Numbered from the stretch's first letter, positions 12,072-25,345 are shown. The stretch is 64,000 bases of DNA from Azolla caroliniana (GCA_043228905.1 JBHGNT010000015.1:4154001-4218000), one strand, 5' to 3'. The notes: generated from the letters alone by a model not told the origin. Numbers and translations are program-made.

Positions 12072-13464
12072 ATGACTAGCTCGCTTCCGACGGAGAAGCT
12101 CGATAGAAGCAACTATCCATCTTGTTCGTACAAGAGGCACTAGTACCTGCTCGGGCATGATTATTGGAGTTATGTTGATGGAGCTGATGACGCAACACCT
12201 GAATCGACACACAAAGATTTCCCGGCCTGGGAACAGGCGGCAAACAGAGTTCTCTACTACGTCGTATCCTGTGTGAGCAATTAGCTTTTGAGCTACATTT
12301 GGGATGCGAGGACGTCGAAGGATGCTTGGGGAAATCTGAAAAAGATTTTTGCCGCGAGCATCATAGCCAGAAAGCTCCAGCTCAGGCAAACAGAAAGCTC
12401 CAAAAAGATTTTTGCCGCCTGTTCCCGACCTGGGAACATGCGGCAAACAGAGTTCTCTACTACGTCGCATCCTGTGTGAGCAATCAGCTTTTGAGCTACA
12501 TTCGGGATGCGAGGACGCCGAAGGATGCTTGGGGAAATCTGAAAAAGATTTTTGCCACGAGCATCATAGCTAGAAAGCTCCAACTCAGGCAAGAGTTGAG
12601 CAATGTTCGACAATGTGATATGTTGGTGGCTGATTACACCTCTAAGATCAAGGACATCTCTAACTCTCTCGCTTCCGTCGATGTAAATGTCCAGCAGGAA
12701 GAAATGGTGCAGGTCTGCCTCAGAGGGTTAGCATTGAAGTTCAGAGCATTCCGAACTGCTCTCTGTATGAGGGAGAATACACCGTCGTTTTTCGACTTAC
12801 AATCGATGCTCCTAATAGAGGAGAACCATGCGGGTGCGTCAATGAGTACGCACGCCGACAAGAAGATGTTGTACATGGAGGAAGATAGGCCCCGTGGTCG
12901 TGGCGGATGAGGCGATTCGGCACGCAATGGAGGCGGCAGACAGGAGAAAGATGGAAGGTATGGTCGTAATGCAAACAATAGTTCTGAACCCTCCAGAAGC
13001 AGGGGGAGTTGAGGCAGCGCCGGAAATCGACAAGGAAAGCCTGTCACGGAATGCTGGTACTGTGGAAAGAAAGGACACAAGGAGAGCGAGTGTTGGAAGA
13101 AATGCTCCGATTCGGAGAAAACCAAATCCAACTCCAGGCGGACTGTACAAGGAAATCAACAACAATCGCACTACGCCGAGGGCTCCGAATGAGCTCGAAG
13201 TGGATTGGGCCCAACCTTCGTAATGAAGCACAAGGCCAATTCAATGGCGGTGAACACCTCGAAACCGAACGAGTTGTGGTATGTTGACTTTGGAGCGTCA
13301 AATCAAATGACAAGTCACGAGGAATGGTTCTCGTACTTGGAGAAATTGGAAATACAAGGAGTGGTCGAAACTAGAGACGACACTTCGCATACCATCAAAC
13401 ATGTCGGTGAAGTTCCCCTCAGCCACATCAGGCAGAAAGGAAAACTCATGAACGTGCTACACGT
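12072..13464 (+). pseudogene. gag: Copia gag-protease of A2, with an internal tandem duplication
   Basis: MTSSLPTEKLDRSNY; zinc knuckle CWYCGKKGHKESEC; protease WYVDFGASNQM. Confidence 0.9.
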
Positions 13465-13655
13465 TGTTGCGTAAGAATTTTCCTCTCAAAACTCTAGCAC
13501 AATACATCTAGAAACATGCAAGGCACATCATCATGGGTCACCATAACAACATCTTTGAGTTTAAGAAAGAACACAAACGCAAAAGGAGATGAATGGGTAT
13601 GACAAAGACAATCAATGAAGAAATATGAGAGGGGAGGATCTATATCAAGAGTTGA

Positions 13656-13712
<57 letters not shown>

Positions 13713-14324
13713 TCACTACACCAAAGAGGTTTTACAATATTTTATGATAATCATTCATGTACAACAAATAAGAGATTGGAATTGACAAAGACATGTATCA
13801 TAATCTATGAAAAGAGGAAAGGAGAATAAAAATAGAGTATCTATGAACAAGACAGATATAAAAGCACACAGTACATCAAGAGAGATATTCTAAGGCTATC
13901 CTATTCTCAAGGTGTCCACACTTATACTTATATACTATAGGGGCTTAATTGTTAGTTCTTGCATGTATCTTGCCACGTGTCGCACATGTAACACTTCAGC
14001 CACTTTCCTTTGCATGCAACCGATAGATCTTGTATTTTGGGTATGAAGACGCTTGATTCTATCCATGACCCCTTCTAGACTTTTGTAGCACGTGGAGCAA
14101 GATTTCCAAAGAACTCAAATATTCCCTTGAAATATTATGATGAAAACATTGACTGCCTATTGTAAAGGCACTCTTTGACTATGTCACATCAATTCATCTT
14201 GATTCTTCAAATCTACCTTCGACTAAAGAATCCACCATCATGCCTAAAGTGTCATAACCAGCTTGTATCCATATTTTACTATGTTTTAGCCATGTTGTTG
14301 AGCACAAGTATTTACAACACAACA
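13465..14324 (-). repeat. 3' LTR of G2 (contains (AT)n at 13662-13710)
   Basis: tgttgcg...acaacacaaca; PPT ggagggggctaaag adjacent. Confidence 0.92.
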
Positions 14325-14567
14325 CTTTAGCCCCCTCCAAGTAAAGCTTTGATAAAGTCAAAGCTTTTCGTAGCTAAACACTAGTAAACTACCAATATCC
14401 TTCATTTGTACCTTATCCTTGTCTTGAGCAGCAAATACCTAAAATTATTTCACAAATATGTACAAGTAAAAGTTTCTTCTTTGTACTTTAAGAAGCTATT
14501 TTCATTGAGGAGCTCATTATGCATAAATGATATGGCTTTAATCTCACCCCATTGATCCTTTCTCTCA

Positions 14568-15700
14568 TTAATGACCCATCCATACTCTTAGCTCATATGT
14601 TCCATTGGTAAACCTCTTGTGGATTACATAAGGTCCATCCCACCTATGCTTGAAGTTTCTTTGAAAAGTCTTATCCAAGGAACTATTATATACTAAGACC
14701 AACATACCCTCCATCAAGTCTTCATAGAAATATATTGCCTCATCTCTTTCCCAAAATAAATCATGCATAGCTTCTTTTCGTATCCATTTGAAATTCATCG
14801 TGCACTCCTAAACACTCTGTCATTTGAATAGAAGGAAACAACACATTTGCAGGCATCATTGCATCCTCCCCATATACTAAGTGGAAGGGAGTAAAACCTG
14901 TGGAAAGCTTATGTGTCATCCTACATGCCCATTGTGCTTTGTTTAACTCTATATCCCAACTCCGTGGATACAAGTCCACAAGCTTGAACAATAGCTTCTG
15001 TATAGTCCCATTAAAGGACTCCACCAATCCATTATAGTGTGGGTGATATGGAATAAGCTCTTTTATGTGCAATCTCCAAATGAGTGACCAAATCTTTAAT
15101 AAAATCTCCTCTAAATTCAGGACCATTATCTGTAACTAACTCCAAAGGCACACCAAAAATACATACTACTTGTTCAAAAACAAACCTTGCCATTTCTTTG
15201 CCTGTTGCAGTACGTGTAGCCCGTGCTTCTGGCCGTCGTGAAACATATTCTACTGTTGACATAATGTATACTTTGCCACTAGTAGAACTAGGTAATGGTC
15301 CAATGATATATAAACCCCACTTAGAGAATATCTTATAGCTAACAATCCTCCCTGGAGGTTCAGGCATTAATCTTCTTTGTTGACATAATTGACATTCATG
15401 ACATGACCTACAACAATGTACCACATCCCTATACATGCTTGGCCATGTTACTTGAGTTTGCATGATCTTCCTTTTAGTATATTCTATTCCAAAATGGCCT
15501 TCACATCCTTCCTCATGACACATAGACAAACATTTTTGAATCTCATCATGTCGTAATACACGTTTAAGCACCCCATCTATATCTTTCAAATAAAGATCAT
15601 CATGTATTATCACATACCTTTGTGCACGACGTGTTACGACAAGACACCTATGATATGGGAGCTCTTTTCTAGCCCTTCCTGTCCTTAAAACATATTCCTC
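14568..15700 (-). pseudogene. Gypsy integrase of G2
   Basis: CHEEGCEGHFG...CHECQ zinc finger; TDNGPEF; NGLVESFN; WDGPY. Confidence 0.92.
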
Positions 15701-15719
15701 CTCTTCTAGGCTCTCTCAA

Positions 15720-16244
15720 CCCTCTTGGGATATATTGAAATTGACACTCCACGAACTGCCGTTGCAATTGCATCACTTGTTGGAGAAGGGGACGAAGACT
15801 AGCCTTTTGCACCTTCCACACCCCCTGCACTTGTCTTATAATCAACAATGAATCTCCCTTCACCATCAATCTTCTAATTCCTTTTTCCATGCATACTTGT
15901 AAGGCATGAATTAAGCTAAGATACTCAGCCTCATTGTGACTATTCGCTTCAATGTGATCACTTCCACTCCATAACTCATGGCATTCTCTATTCACGAAAG
16001 CATATCCAATTCCTGCAATCTTTGTAATTTGCTTAAAAGCACCATCAAAATATAATACCCCTTCAAACTTTATCAATATTATTTCAGACTCATTGATTGG
16101 TTCGACATGATCATCTATTTCTTTTACATTCTTAGTTGGCACAAGCTCCTTATAGGTAAGCAAATATGCCATCTTAGACCTAGTAGTTTCTTCTTTAATA
16201 AAACTTACTTCAAACTCTTCTATAATAATTATCCATTGTTTCAT
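15720..16244 (-). pseudogene. Additional (archaeal/plant-type) RNase H domain, C-terminally truncated
   Basis: LYFDGAFK..AGIG, SHNEAEYLSLIHAL, VKGDSLLIIRQVQGVWKV, FQYIPR; lies between native RH and INT. Confidence 0.9.
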
Positions 16245-16249
16245 ACGTG

Positions 16250-18100
16250 GGCTATCCTCTGGAAATCATAACATATGAGGGAGCAAAGCACACGAAGTTA
16301 AAACTATTGTGATTCGTCCTAACAAATACGACTTCCATTTTTGGAGGGAAAACACCAATGCCCATACAAGTTTTTCTTCTTGTGTCCAAGTCTTCTCTAC
16401 CATTTACATCTTCCTACTAATATAATATATTGGGTGCATATGTGATTGCTTAATACCTTTTTGCATTAATATTGCACCTATTGCTTCAACACCCACACTC
16501 AAACTAACATAGAATGGTTGATCCCAATTAGGTGGCATTAGGATGGGTAGAGTACTCAATCTATCTTTTACTTCTTCAAAGGCATTTGGCTCCACTCTTC
16601 CCCACACAAATGGATCTCTCATTGAGGCTCTTTGTAGTGGTTGAATATACTCTACCAACATTTGAAATGGGCGTGAAAGATATCGTACCTTTTGTACGAA
16701 GCTTAACAATTGCTTTGTAGAAGTCGGAGCATCCATCAATAGTAAAGATTCTACTTTACTTGGATCAGGAGCAATCCCATTAGCACTAACTTCATGCCCA
16801 AGTTGAATAAATTTACTATGTGCAATTTTGCACTTACTAGGATTCAATTGACCTCCATCTCCATCTATTTTAGCAAAAATTTGATCAAGATTTTCTACAT
16901 GACTCTTTCTATCACTATATATTCCTATGTCATCCATAAATGACCTTGCAAATTTTCCAAAGAAAGGACTTAACAACCTATCCATCCATCCTTGAAAAGT
17001 TGCATAAGCATTAACTAACCCAAAAGGCATCCTAGTGTAACAAAATACACCCCATGGAGTGATGAAACTAGTCAACTTTTGATCTTTGGGTGCAATTTCT
17101 ATTTGAAAATATCCACAAAAACCATCACATATTGAATACTTTTCATGTCCTGCCACTTCATCCAATATTTCATCTTGGAAAGGCATTGGGTAATGATGTT
17201 GCTTGGTTGCCACATTTAAAGGTCTGAAATCCACATATACTCTCCACTTGTCATTCTTCTTAGGCACTATAACCATTGGGTATATCCAATCAACATCATC
17301 TACACGTCGAATAAATCCAGCAGCCAACAACTTGCTTACCTCTTCCTCCAAAAACTCTCTTCTTATATTGCCTAACCTTTTGAGTTTATGAGGAACTGGC
17401 ATTGCATTGCTATGCAACTTTATCTCGTGTAACACAGAATGTGTTCCCCTCATCTGAGTATACTTCGTAGCAAACAACTTAGGATACTTATCAAACAACA
17501 TGGTATATTGTCTCTCTTCTTCAGTCAAATTAGGGGATAACATTACCATGAGTTCCTCCTTGGGCACATTGGGCTGAATTTTGGTGGGTTCTAACCCAAT
17601 ACCACATAGGTCGACTCCTATGTGTAATTCCTCATACTCATCGTCAACCTCATCCTCTTCACTTGAAGAAAATGATTCCTCATCTGAAAATTTGTCAACG
17701 TCATCTTGCCTTTCTTCTTCTCGTCTACCATTTGGGAAATAAAGTAATTGTCCTGTCTTCATATCACACCACTCTTCGACCATGAGGCTTATCGATGAAC
17801 AATTCTAATTCCCCACGATGCCAATCTTGTCTCACTTTCATACCCATCAACCATGGTCTTCCTAGTATTAGTGGATAAGCCCTTGGTCTTGCTGGCATGA
17901 CATGCAAATCCACCAATACTTGTTGCCCTAACACATACAACTTTACTTGCTCTACTACTCCCACACATCGCATTATTGCATTATTTGCCATATTCATGTT
18001 ATATGCATGTTTTCTATTAATCTTTAATTGTAATCTTCTTGTCGTATCCTCCATTATGACACATACTTGTGCACCACCATCTACATAATGTTGCGGCCAC
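16250..18100 (-). pseudogene. pol: Gypsy protease-RT-RNase H of G2
   Basis: LILGRPWL; WRVYVDFRPLN; MPFGLVNA; FMDDIGIY; AIGAILMQ. Confidence 0.92.
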
Positions 18101-18706
18101 CACTTGCCCTTGACACCAAACTTCTAGTATTGGCAACAAATCTTTTTCATGACTGTAACATATTCGAGGAATACATTGAGTATCTACTCTACCTATAGTA
18201 TTAGTTTCCCTTCTACCCTTCTTAGAAATACTCACCATTTTCCTCCACTCTCTACGTAGCTTAGGAACTAATTCTAAAGCTTGGGCAAAGGTCATATCCA
18301 CTTTTCTTTCTTTCAAGTCATTCAACAAGGAATATGATTCTTGATGTAAACCTAATGGATAATCCTTGATAGCTATCCTCCTCTTTGATTCTAGAGATTT
18401 CATTCCTTGGTTATCCCTATGCTTACTAGGTTCTCCCTCTTGTGATATTGCTCCATCTTTGACCTTATTATGCAACCTAGTTCGCATTCTTGATCCTCCC
18501 TGATGCTCCTCTACACGAGCTCTCTTTCCCACTAAAACATCATATGAATCCCCATCTAACATGACCTTCCCACGTGTTGTATTTAATGCATCCTTTACAT
18601 TATCATTCTTCTTAAACTCAATCAAATTAATACCATGAGAATTTACTTGATTTTGTGACCTTTGCTCTTCTACTCGTCTTGGAATCGGGACAATACCTCC
18701 TCCATG

Positions 18707-19520
18707 CTAAGGATGTGGGCAATTTGGTGAAATATGCCCTCGTTCAAAACAATTATAACACTTCACATTGGGATTTTGCCTCCCAATATCTTTCTTTTGT
18801 TGAGAAACTTGCATAGACCTTGTAAGTTCAGCTTGGTTGATACAAAGCTTACTTACTTCATCAACCATCTTTGCCACTTGTTGTGCAAGATCCATGGCCC
18901 CACTTGTAGAAGACTCTCGCCGTGAAGACACATCAAGGCTTTTCTCATGTACCTTGTGAACGTATGATGTCACACCTTCAATAGCTTCATCATCTTCTTT
19001 CATGTCCCTCCCAAGCTTTCTCATCCTCTTTCTCCATTTACTTATTGCCACTTCTTTTGCCCTTTCAAAAGATTCAGGTTCCTTATCATCTACCTTCTCT
19101 TTAATATCCTCATGCAAGGCCATGATAAATTGGTCACGCTTCATAAAATCGGGTGGAACTCGGTCATTTCCTAATCTCTCCAATCTCCTATATAAATCTT
19201 CAAACCTCCTAATAAAATCCCTAATATCCTCTTCATACCCTTGCCTTTCCCTTCTAATATCCTTCCAAATAGCTTTAGGAGTCTCAGTTTTTTGAAATTG
19301 GGTTAACAATGCTTGTTACAAACGTGCCCAATCATTCTTTACCTCTATAGGCACTAACCTTACATACCAATCTAAAGACGTCCCATCCAACAAAAAGCTT
19401 ACCATTATCGCTACATCCGCATCACTCTTCCTAGCTTATAGAGCCCAAATATTCAACCGATGCACGAATTGCACCACATCACTATTCGTCCCAGTGAAAG
19501 GCTCACTAAAGAGATCCACC
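18707..19520 (-). pseudogene. gag: gag of G2 with CCHC zinc knuckle
   Basis: ORF 18707..19309: Q-x4-I-x2-F-x2-RF motif and CYNCFERGHISPNC; upstream limit approximate. Confidence 0.85.
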
Positions 19521-19644
19521 ATTATTTTGAAACACCCAAGTGCCAAAATATGCAAAAAATATAATAATACCACCAATTCCAATATTAAAATACTTGGCCT
19601 TGATTATAAAAGAACCGAAAGTCCTCGGTAGTTGTCAAGATTGG

Positions 19645-19662
19645 TCCTCAGTGGGGGCACCA
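19645..19662 (-). other. PBS of G2, most similar to tRNA-Thr(TGT) 3' end
   Basis: gtcctcagtgggggcacca 5 nt from the LTR; resembles the ...CCTCACTGGGGGCA-CCA end of plant tRNA-Thr as I recall it. Confidence 0.6.
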
Positions 19663-19667
19663 AAACG

Positions 19668-20517
19668 TGCTGCGCAAGAATTTGCCTCCCAAAACTCTAG
19701 TACAATACATCTAGAAACACACAAGGCACATCATCATGGGCCACCATAACAACATCTTTGAGTTTAAGAAAGACCACAAACACAAAAGAAGATGAATGGG
19801 TAGGACAAAGACAATCAATGAAGAAGTATGAGAGGGGAGTATATATATCAAGAGTTGATAATATATATATATATATATATAACTAAATTCTCACTACACC
19901 AAAGACAGTTTACAATATTTTATGATAATCATTCATGTACAACAAATAAGAGATTGGAATTGACAAAGATATGTATCATAATCTATGAAAAGAGGAAAGG
20001 AGAATGAAAATAGAGTATCTATGAACAAGATGGATATAAAAACACACACTACATCAAGAGAGATATTCTAAGGCTATCCTATTATCAAGGCTTCCACACT
20101 TATACTTATATACTATAGGGGCTTAATTGTTAGTTCTTGCATGTATCTTGCCACATGTCGCACATGTAACACTTCAGCCACTTTCCTTTGCATGCAACCG
20201 ATAGATCTTGTATTTTGGGTATGAAGACGCTTGATTATATCCACGACCCCTTCTAGACATTTGTAGCACGTGGAGCAAGCTTTCCAAAGAACATTTATTT
20301 ATTTAAATCCAATATTACCTTGAAATATTATGATGAAAACATTGATTGCCTATTGTAAAGGCACTCTTTGACTATGTCACATCAATTCATCTTGATTCTT
20401 CAAATCTACGTTCGACTAAAGAATCCACCATCATGCCTAAAGTGTCATAACCAGATTGTATCCATATTTTACTATCTTTTAACCATTTTTTTGAGCACAA
20501 GTATTTACAACATAAAA
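19668..20517 (-). repeat. 5' LTR of G2
   Basis: Direct repeat of 13465-14324 with a degenerate end acaacataaaa, followed by ACGT. Confidence 0.9.
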
Positions 20518-20521
20518 ACGT

Positions 20522-21014
20522 CCCGACAATAACGAAGAACGACAAGGACAGAAGGTCGAGTCAGACATCCACCTATGCAATAAGCGGTTCGGCCATGTTA
20601 ACTTCCCGCAGATTCGTGAAATGCAGATGAAGAACATCGTTTTCAGATTGCCGAAATTTAGTGGTCGGAGCGAACACCGACTTCCATTTCCCAATGAGCG
20701 TAATCGGAGTCGAAATCCACTTGATGTGATCCATTCGGATATATGGGGACCGACACAGAACGTGAGCATCAGACGAAGCTGTTACTTCGTAACCTTCATC
20801 GATGACTTCACTCTGCACAGGTGGGCATGCTTGATCGCGAAAAAGAGTGAAGTCTTCGCGTGTCTCCTAAAGGTGAAGAGCCTTGCGGAAAGGGAAACCG
20901 GACGAAAGATCAAGTGCCTAAGGTCCATTGGCAGGAAGGAGTACTTCTCCAACCAGTTCTTAAGTTATCTATAGAAGGAGGGAATTTGACGTGAATTCTC
21001 ATGTAGATACACGC
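20522..21014 (+). pseudogene. Copia integrase fragment of A2 (internal deletions)
   Basis: LDVIHSDIWGP, FVTFIDDFT, KIKCLRS. Confidence 0.88.
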
Positions 21015-23189
21015 TGTCGTGGAAATCCACGTGTGCGTGTCGGATAGGACGGGATCATGGGGGTCTTGGAGTAGGGAGTAAGAGGAGGAAAAGAAGCTTG
21101 GGAGTTCAACTGAGAAGGAAGAGAAAGATTAAGATGCGAGAGATTAAGATTCAAGAGAATAAGATCTAAACAAGACAAGATACATTATGGAAAACACCAC
21201 ACCAATTACAATCGTGGCCATGTAGGCCGAATGTAAACCCTCTATATGAAACCCTAACCGGATAGGGGAAAAGAAGAAGAAGAATGAAATCCCTAAAATG
21301 AGATCCTAAAATCCAAAATTCCGAAACCCTAATGGCAACCCAAAGAAACCCAAAAGTGGAAGCCCCTCAAAAGTGACCCCTCACTCCCTTTTATAGTAAT
21401 AAGGGGTGAGACACATTACAAAAAGGAGTGGTCAAATCCCCTTTCTTTCAAAGGAGATTATTTGACCTCGATCTTAGGAGGTGATATTGATGGGTCTTAA
21501 CTCCCTCTCCTCTCACCGACATACTCAATGTGCACTACTCCTTACACCCATACTTCATGTGCCTCCCTCTAGTCTACAAAGTGCACATCACCTTTATAGC
21601 TTTACATCTTACTTTTCCTCCTTACATTTGCCTTTTATTCCTATGTTACAATTTTCCTAAGTTCACGTGCAATGTTGCACACCTTGTTTTATTCTTGCCG
21701 CTTGGGTTTTCTCACCATGGCCGAAAATCCTCATGACATCTACCCCCACCAAATCGCACATCCACCGATATGTGCCAAGAAAGGAGAAGAGGTGAGATTC
21801 TCGACAATGGTGATCAAGCGGGTTCCACCGTGTCCTCGTTGGCTTTGCTCGACTTTGTCCTCCATTTCGAGCATGCCAGTACCTTCCACACGAACCACCA
21901 TAGCCTCTCGAGCCGCCGTGTCCGCCACACGTCCTCGAACCATCGGCTCCATCCGATCCGCCATATCCAACGCTCACACCTTCTTCCTCGATTGGTCCTC
22001 CCGAACAACGGTGCCGATCCGGTCACTCTTCCTTTGTCCACCGCGTATGTCCTCCGGATGCGCTCCCGGTTACTCCGATCGCATGGCAGATTCCACCCCT
22101 CGCGTACTGCGTGTGTTCCTCCTTCGGCTCGAAGGCCTCCTCGTCCCAAGCACCTCGGCATGCATCCTCTCTCCATTCCGCGCTTGCCTCCCGTAGGCTC
22201 TACCCATGTTTCGTTGTTGTCCTCCGAATACGCGCTCACTCTTAGGTCCTTATGTGATCACATTAAGCACCCCTTGTTTCTCCCTTGCTCATGGTGCTCT
22301 CTCGCGGTAGAGCGTACGTTCCATCCCGACATCCATGTCGGTGTTCCCCGCTTCGGCATCATTTGTGGCTCTCGTTACCGCTTTGTCTCAACTGATGCCC
22401 TCTTGGCCCGCTTGGCCTTGCACGTCCTCCGGGATGCCACGTTTTCTCTTCCCGGTGCGTAGCCCTTTGTCCTCCACGCACATCCTTCGGTTTCCATGAC
22501 ACAACCTTCCGCTCACGCCGTTCATCCGTTGATCTCTGCCACTCACTGCTTTGTCCTCCGTCTCGTAATTTCCTCTCAAAGGTTCAAGCGGTCCGCTATT
22601 GTCGGTCACTCATTGTGGCTCCTCCGGATACATGCTGGTTTCTTGGCCCTCCGTTGGCCGTAATGCATGCTTCGTATCACGCCGTTCACCCGCCGTAGAC
22701 CCGATCTCCGCGTCGGCCTCTTCTTCCTTCGTCGTGGAAGTCCCTTCCAACACTGATTGACCCTCTTAGCCTCGCTCGTCCGTCTTTCCGCACCGGATAC
22801 CCGTTCCGGCACCCTCGTCCGCTTTGGCCTCCGACTCCTCGCCACCACCCACCGTCTCTTCGGTCTTACGTTGATCTGCAACCGCCGAAGTCTCCGGTAT
22901 TGGTGTTGAGGGATCTCGCCTCCGTCCACTATAATCTTCTTCATTTGCCTTGTCGTTGCCTTGGTTGCCCGCCTTGCCGCCACCTTCCGTCTCTCTGGTC
23001 TCACGTGGGCTCTCGTGGCCAACCACCAAAGTCTCTAGAACCGATGTGGGCAAGGTCCCGGCACCATCGCTCGTCGATGTCATGTCCATAGCCACCTCCA
23101 CCTGGACGTCGTTGTTCATGGCTACCCCGTCTCTGTTTATGCAAGCCTCGATTATGCTTGCCTCCTCGCTCGATGTTTCGGGAAACCGT
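21015..23189 (-). mobile_element. Non-autonomous G-lineage element (G3): 3' LTR 21015-21738 and internal region lacking pol
   Basis: tgtcgtgg...catgaca LTR; PPT and 3' motif shared with G4/G5; internal peptides homologous to G5 (IIEAC, EVAMD, VLET). Confidence 0.8.
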
Positions 23190-23918
23190 TGTCGCGTTGT
23201 TACGCGCGTGCGTGGAGAACAAGGCAGGACCACTGAGGTCTTGGACCGAGGAATAGGTGAGAGAAGGGACACGTATAGACAAAGAAGCGCACGGGAACGC
23301 GCTCCAACGACACAGGAGACACGAGTTGAACGGGGAATAGAGTATAAGAAGACCAGTGTATGTATATAAAATAAGTATGCAGACGATGCGAACGGTTACA
23401 ACCGATCAGGCTGGCTAGATGGATACCGATGCCTGACCACCCACGCGCGCAAGGGTGCGAGATAGAGACTCTACCGGAAGCACACGGGTGTTCCACGGAG
23501 CAGAATCAGCCTCTCGAGAACCTGCGCACAAGAAAGCTACGGAGAATGACAGAGAAGAGCTCGGTCCCAGTCCAACAGCACTTCGACCCCTCTCGCGAGC
23601 GATCCCCCTCTCTCCCCCGTCTCCCTCTCTTTTATAGCTCAAGGAGGGAGACCGTTTTCACCCATATACATCACATTAATTCTCTGTCCTTTCGGACAGA
23701 GACACTCCTCGATTCTCCCTATAGAATATTGCTACCTAGGGTTTGACTATGTGCCCACTCATCTACTATACAACAGGGGCGTGCCCACGTGCAAGGCCGG
23801 TTCACACACACTTTGCGCCCGGGGACGGTTTTCCTCACGACATCCGCCCCCACCTAACCGCGCATCCACCGGTATGTGCCAAAATTGGGTTCCTACTAGA
23901 GAAAACCGGTCCTGGCTT

Positions 23919-25345
23919 TTATTCCTCGTTTACCGGTTCGTCCTCCGCCTCAGGCTGCTCGTCGTTGTTGTCCATGCCACCTAGCTCCGACTCCCCGTCG
24001 TGTCGTTTCTTGAACGCTTTGATCCTCTTCCCCGCTACCGGTATCGCCATTCTCGTACCGTCGAGCTCCGCGAGATGGTACGTCCCATTATCGTTGGCGC
24101 CCATTACTACGTAAGGCCCGAACCACCTCCTTGCAAACTTCCGCGTGGCCCTGTGCTGATTGTCGAGGCTGCTGTCGTAGACTAGCACCCAGTCGCCTTC
24201 CTCGATCTTCCTTGGCCGGAGCCGGTGTGTTAAGTCGAACCGGGCTTTGTTCCTTATCCTCACTACCTGAAGTTTCTCCGCGGCTCGCTCTACATCCTCC
24301 GGCCTCCGCTCGAGCTGTCGAATCCGCACCGCCAACAGTTCCTCCCGGCTCATCTCATCCCTCCAGTCCACCGTGGCCCACGAGGAGATCGTTCACTCTG
24401 TTGGCATGATCGGCTTCTGTCCGAACATAAGCTTTGCCAGCATAAACCCGGTTACCGAACTGTGCGTAGTCCGGTCCGCCCACAAGGCATAAGGTAGCAA
24501 TCGTGGCCAATTCCCGACTTGGCCTCCGCACGCCCGTACTAGCGCTTTGACAATCGGCCCGTGTCCGCGCTCTACCTTCCCGTTCGCCTCCGGATTGTAC
24601 GTTGTGGTGAGCGAAAGTTTGACTCCTAGCCGGTCGAACAGCTCTTCGGTCTCTTCTGCGTACAACTCACCACGGTCAGCCACGACTGTCGGGTCTACAC
24701 ACCCGATCTCCTCTGGTGAGAATGCGAAAGCCTTCCCGTGCCTTCCGAGCATTCCCCGAAACCGGTCCTCTTTCGCCAGCAGTAGGAAGCCGCCCCCACT
24801 GATTTTGAGCTTACATAGCATTATGTCGGTGAACGTGTGTCCTATACGGGCCGGATTTCGTAAACTCGGGTCCAACGCAACCCCTTTCATTCGCAACTCG
24901 CTGCCCTCCGGCAAGGGAGCCGCGACTGGCCTGACCTTCCGGTCCACAGTCTTGTACCTCGTGTCCACCCGGGCTGTCCGATCTGACTCGAGCCCCTTTC
25001 TGAAGTCCACGATGACTTCGTACATCCTTTTCGAACATACCGGAATCGTCCGGTCCTCTTTATGGACCCCTCCGACTACCTTCCGCAGCTCCCCCAAGGT
25101 ATCGTCGAAAGAGACCGCCTCCACGGCTCCGTTGATTTCCTCTCCAGGGCCGAGGATACCACATGCCCGAAGTCGCTCCTCCGCCCTTCTCTTCTTCCGG
25201 CCAATGACGTCGACTACCGTACACCCTCCGTTGTCGGAGAACCAAAATTTCCTACCTATAGTACAGGTCTTCTTCGCTATCGTACACTTGTGGGGTTTTC
25301 CCGGAGTGTCCGGACTATCGTGGCCCCACGCCTTGATAGCCCTCT
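23919..25345 (-). pseudogene. pol: G4 pol remnant: RT N-terminus fused in frame to integrase core/C-terminus
   Basis: ORF 24393..25124 ...EEIGCVDPTV|VADRGELY...; ORF 23919..24371 WFGPY. Confidence 0.9.

Larger units (their letters stand above)
13465..20517 (-). mobile_element. Compact Ty3/gypsy element with additional archaeal-type RNase H (Tat-like; G2), full length, decayed
   Basis: LTRs 13465-14324 and 19668-20517, TSD ACGT/ACGT, PPT 14325-14338, PBS 19645-19662, gag-PR-RT-RH-aRH-INT. Confidence 0.92.
4669..21014 (+). mobile_element. Ty1/copia family A element (A2), hosting gypsy G1 and the Tat-like G2, truncated by G3
   Basis: 5' LTR split into 4669-4796 and 11712-11974 (matches the 55457 LTR); PBS 11975; gag-PR 12072-13464; integrase 20522-21014. 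Confidence 0.88.

Noticed and set aside
13662-13710. (AT)n tract as an independent feature
   Set aside because: Ordinary microsatellite present at different lengths in both G2 LTRs
15632-15720. Possible small insertion starting tgttacgaca in G2
   Set aside because: Translates in frame with the integrase N-terminus (EYVLRTGRARKELPYHRCLVVTRRAQRY); the anomaly is a deletion at the aRH end
23919-24100. Chromodomain at the G integrase C-terminus
   Set aside because: Only a GPY motif and a short acidic tail; no chromodomain aromatic pattern
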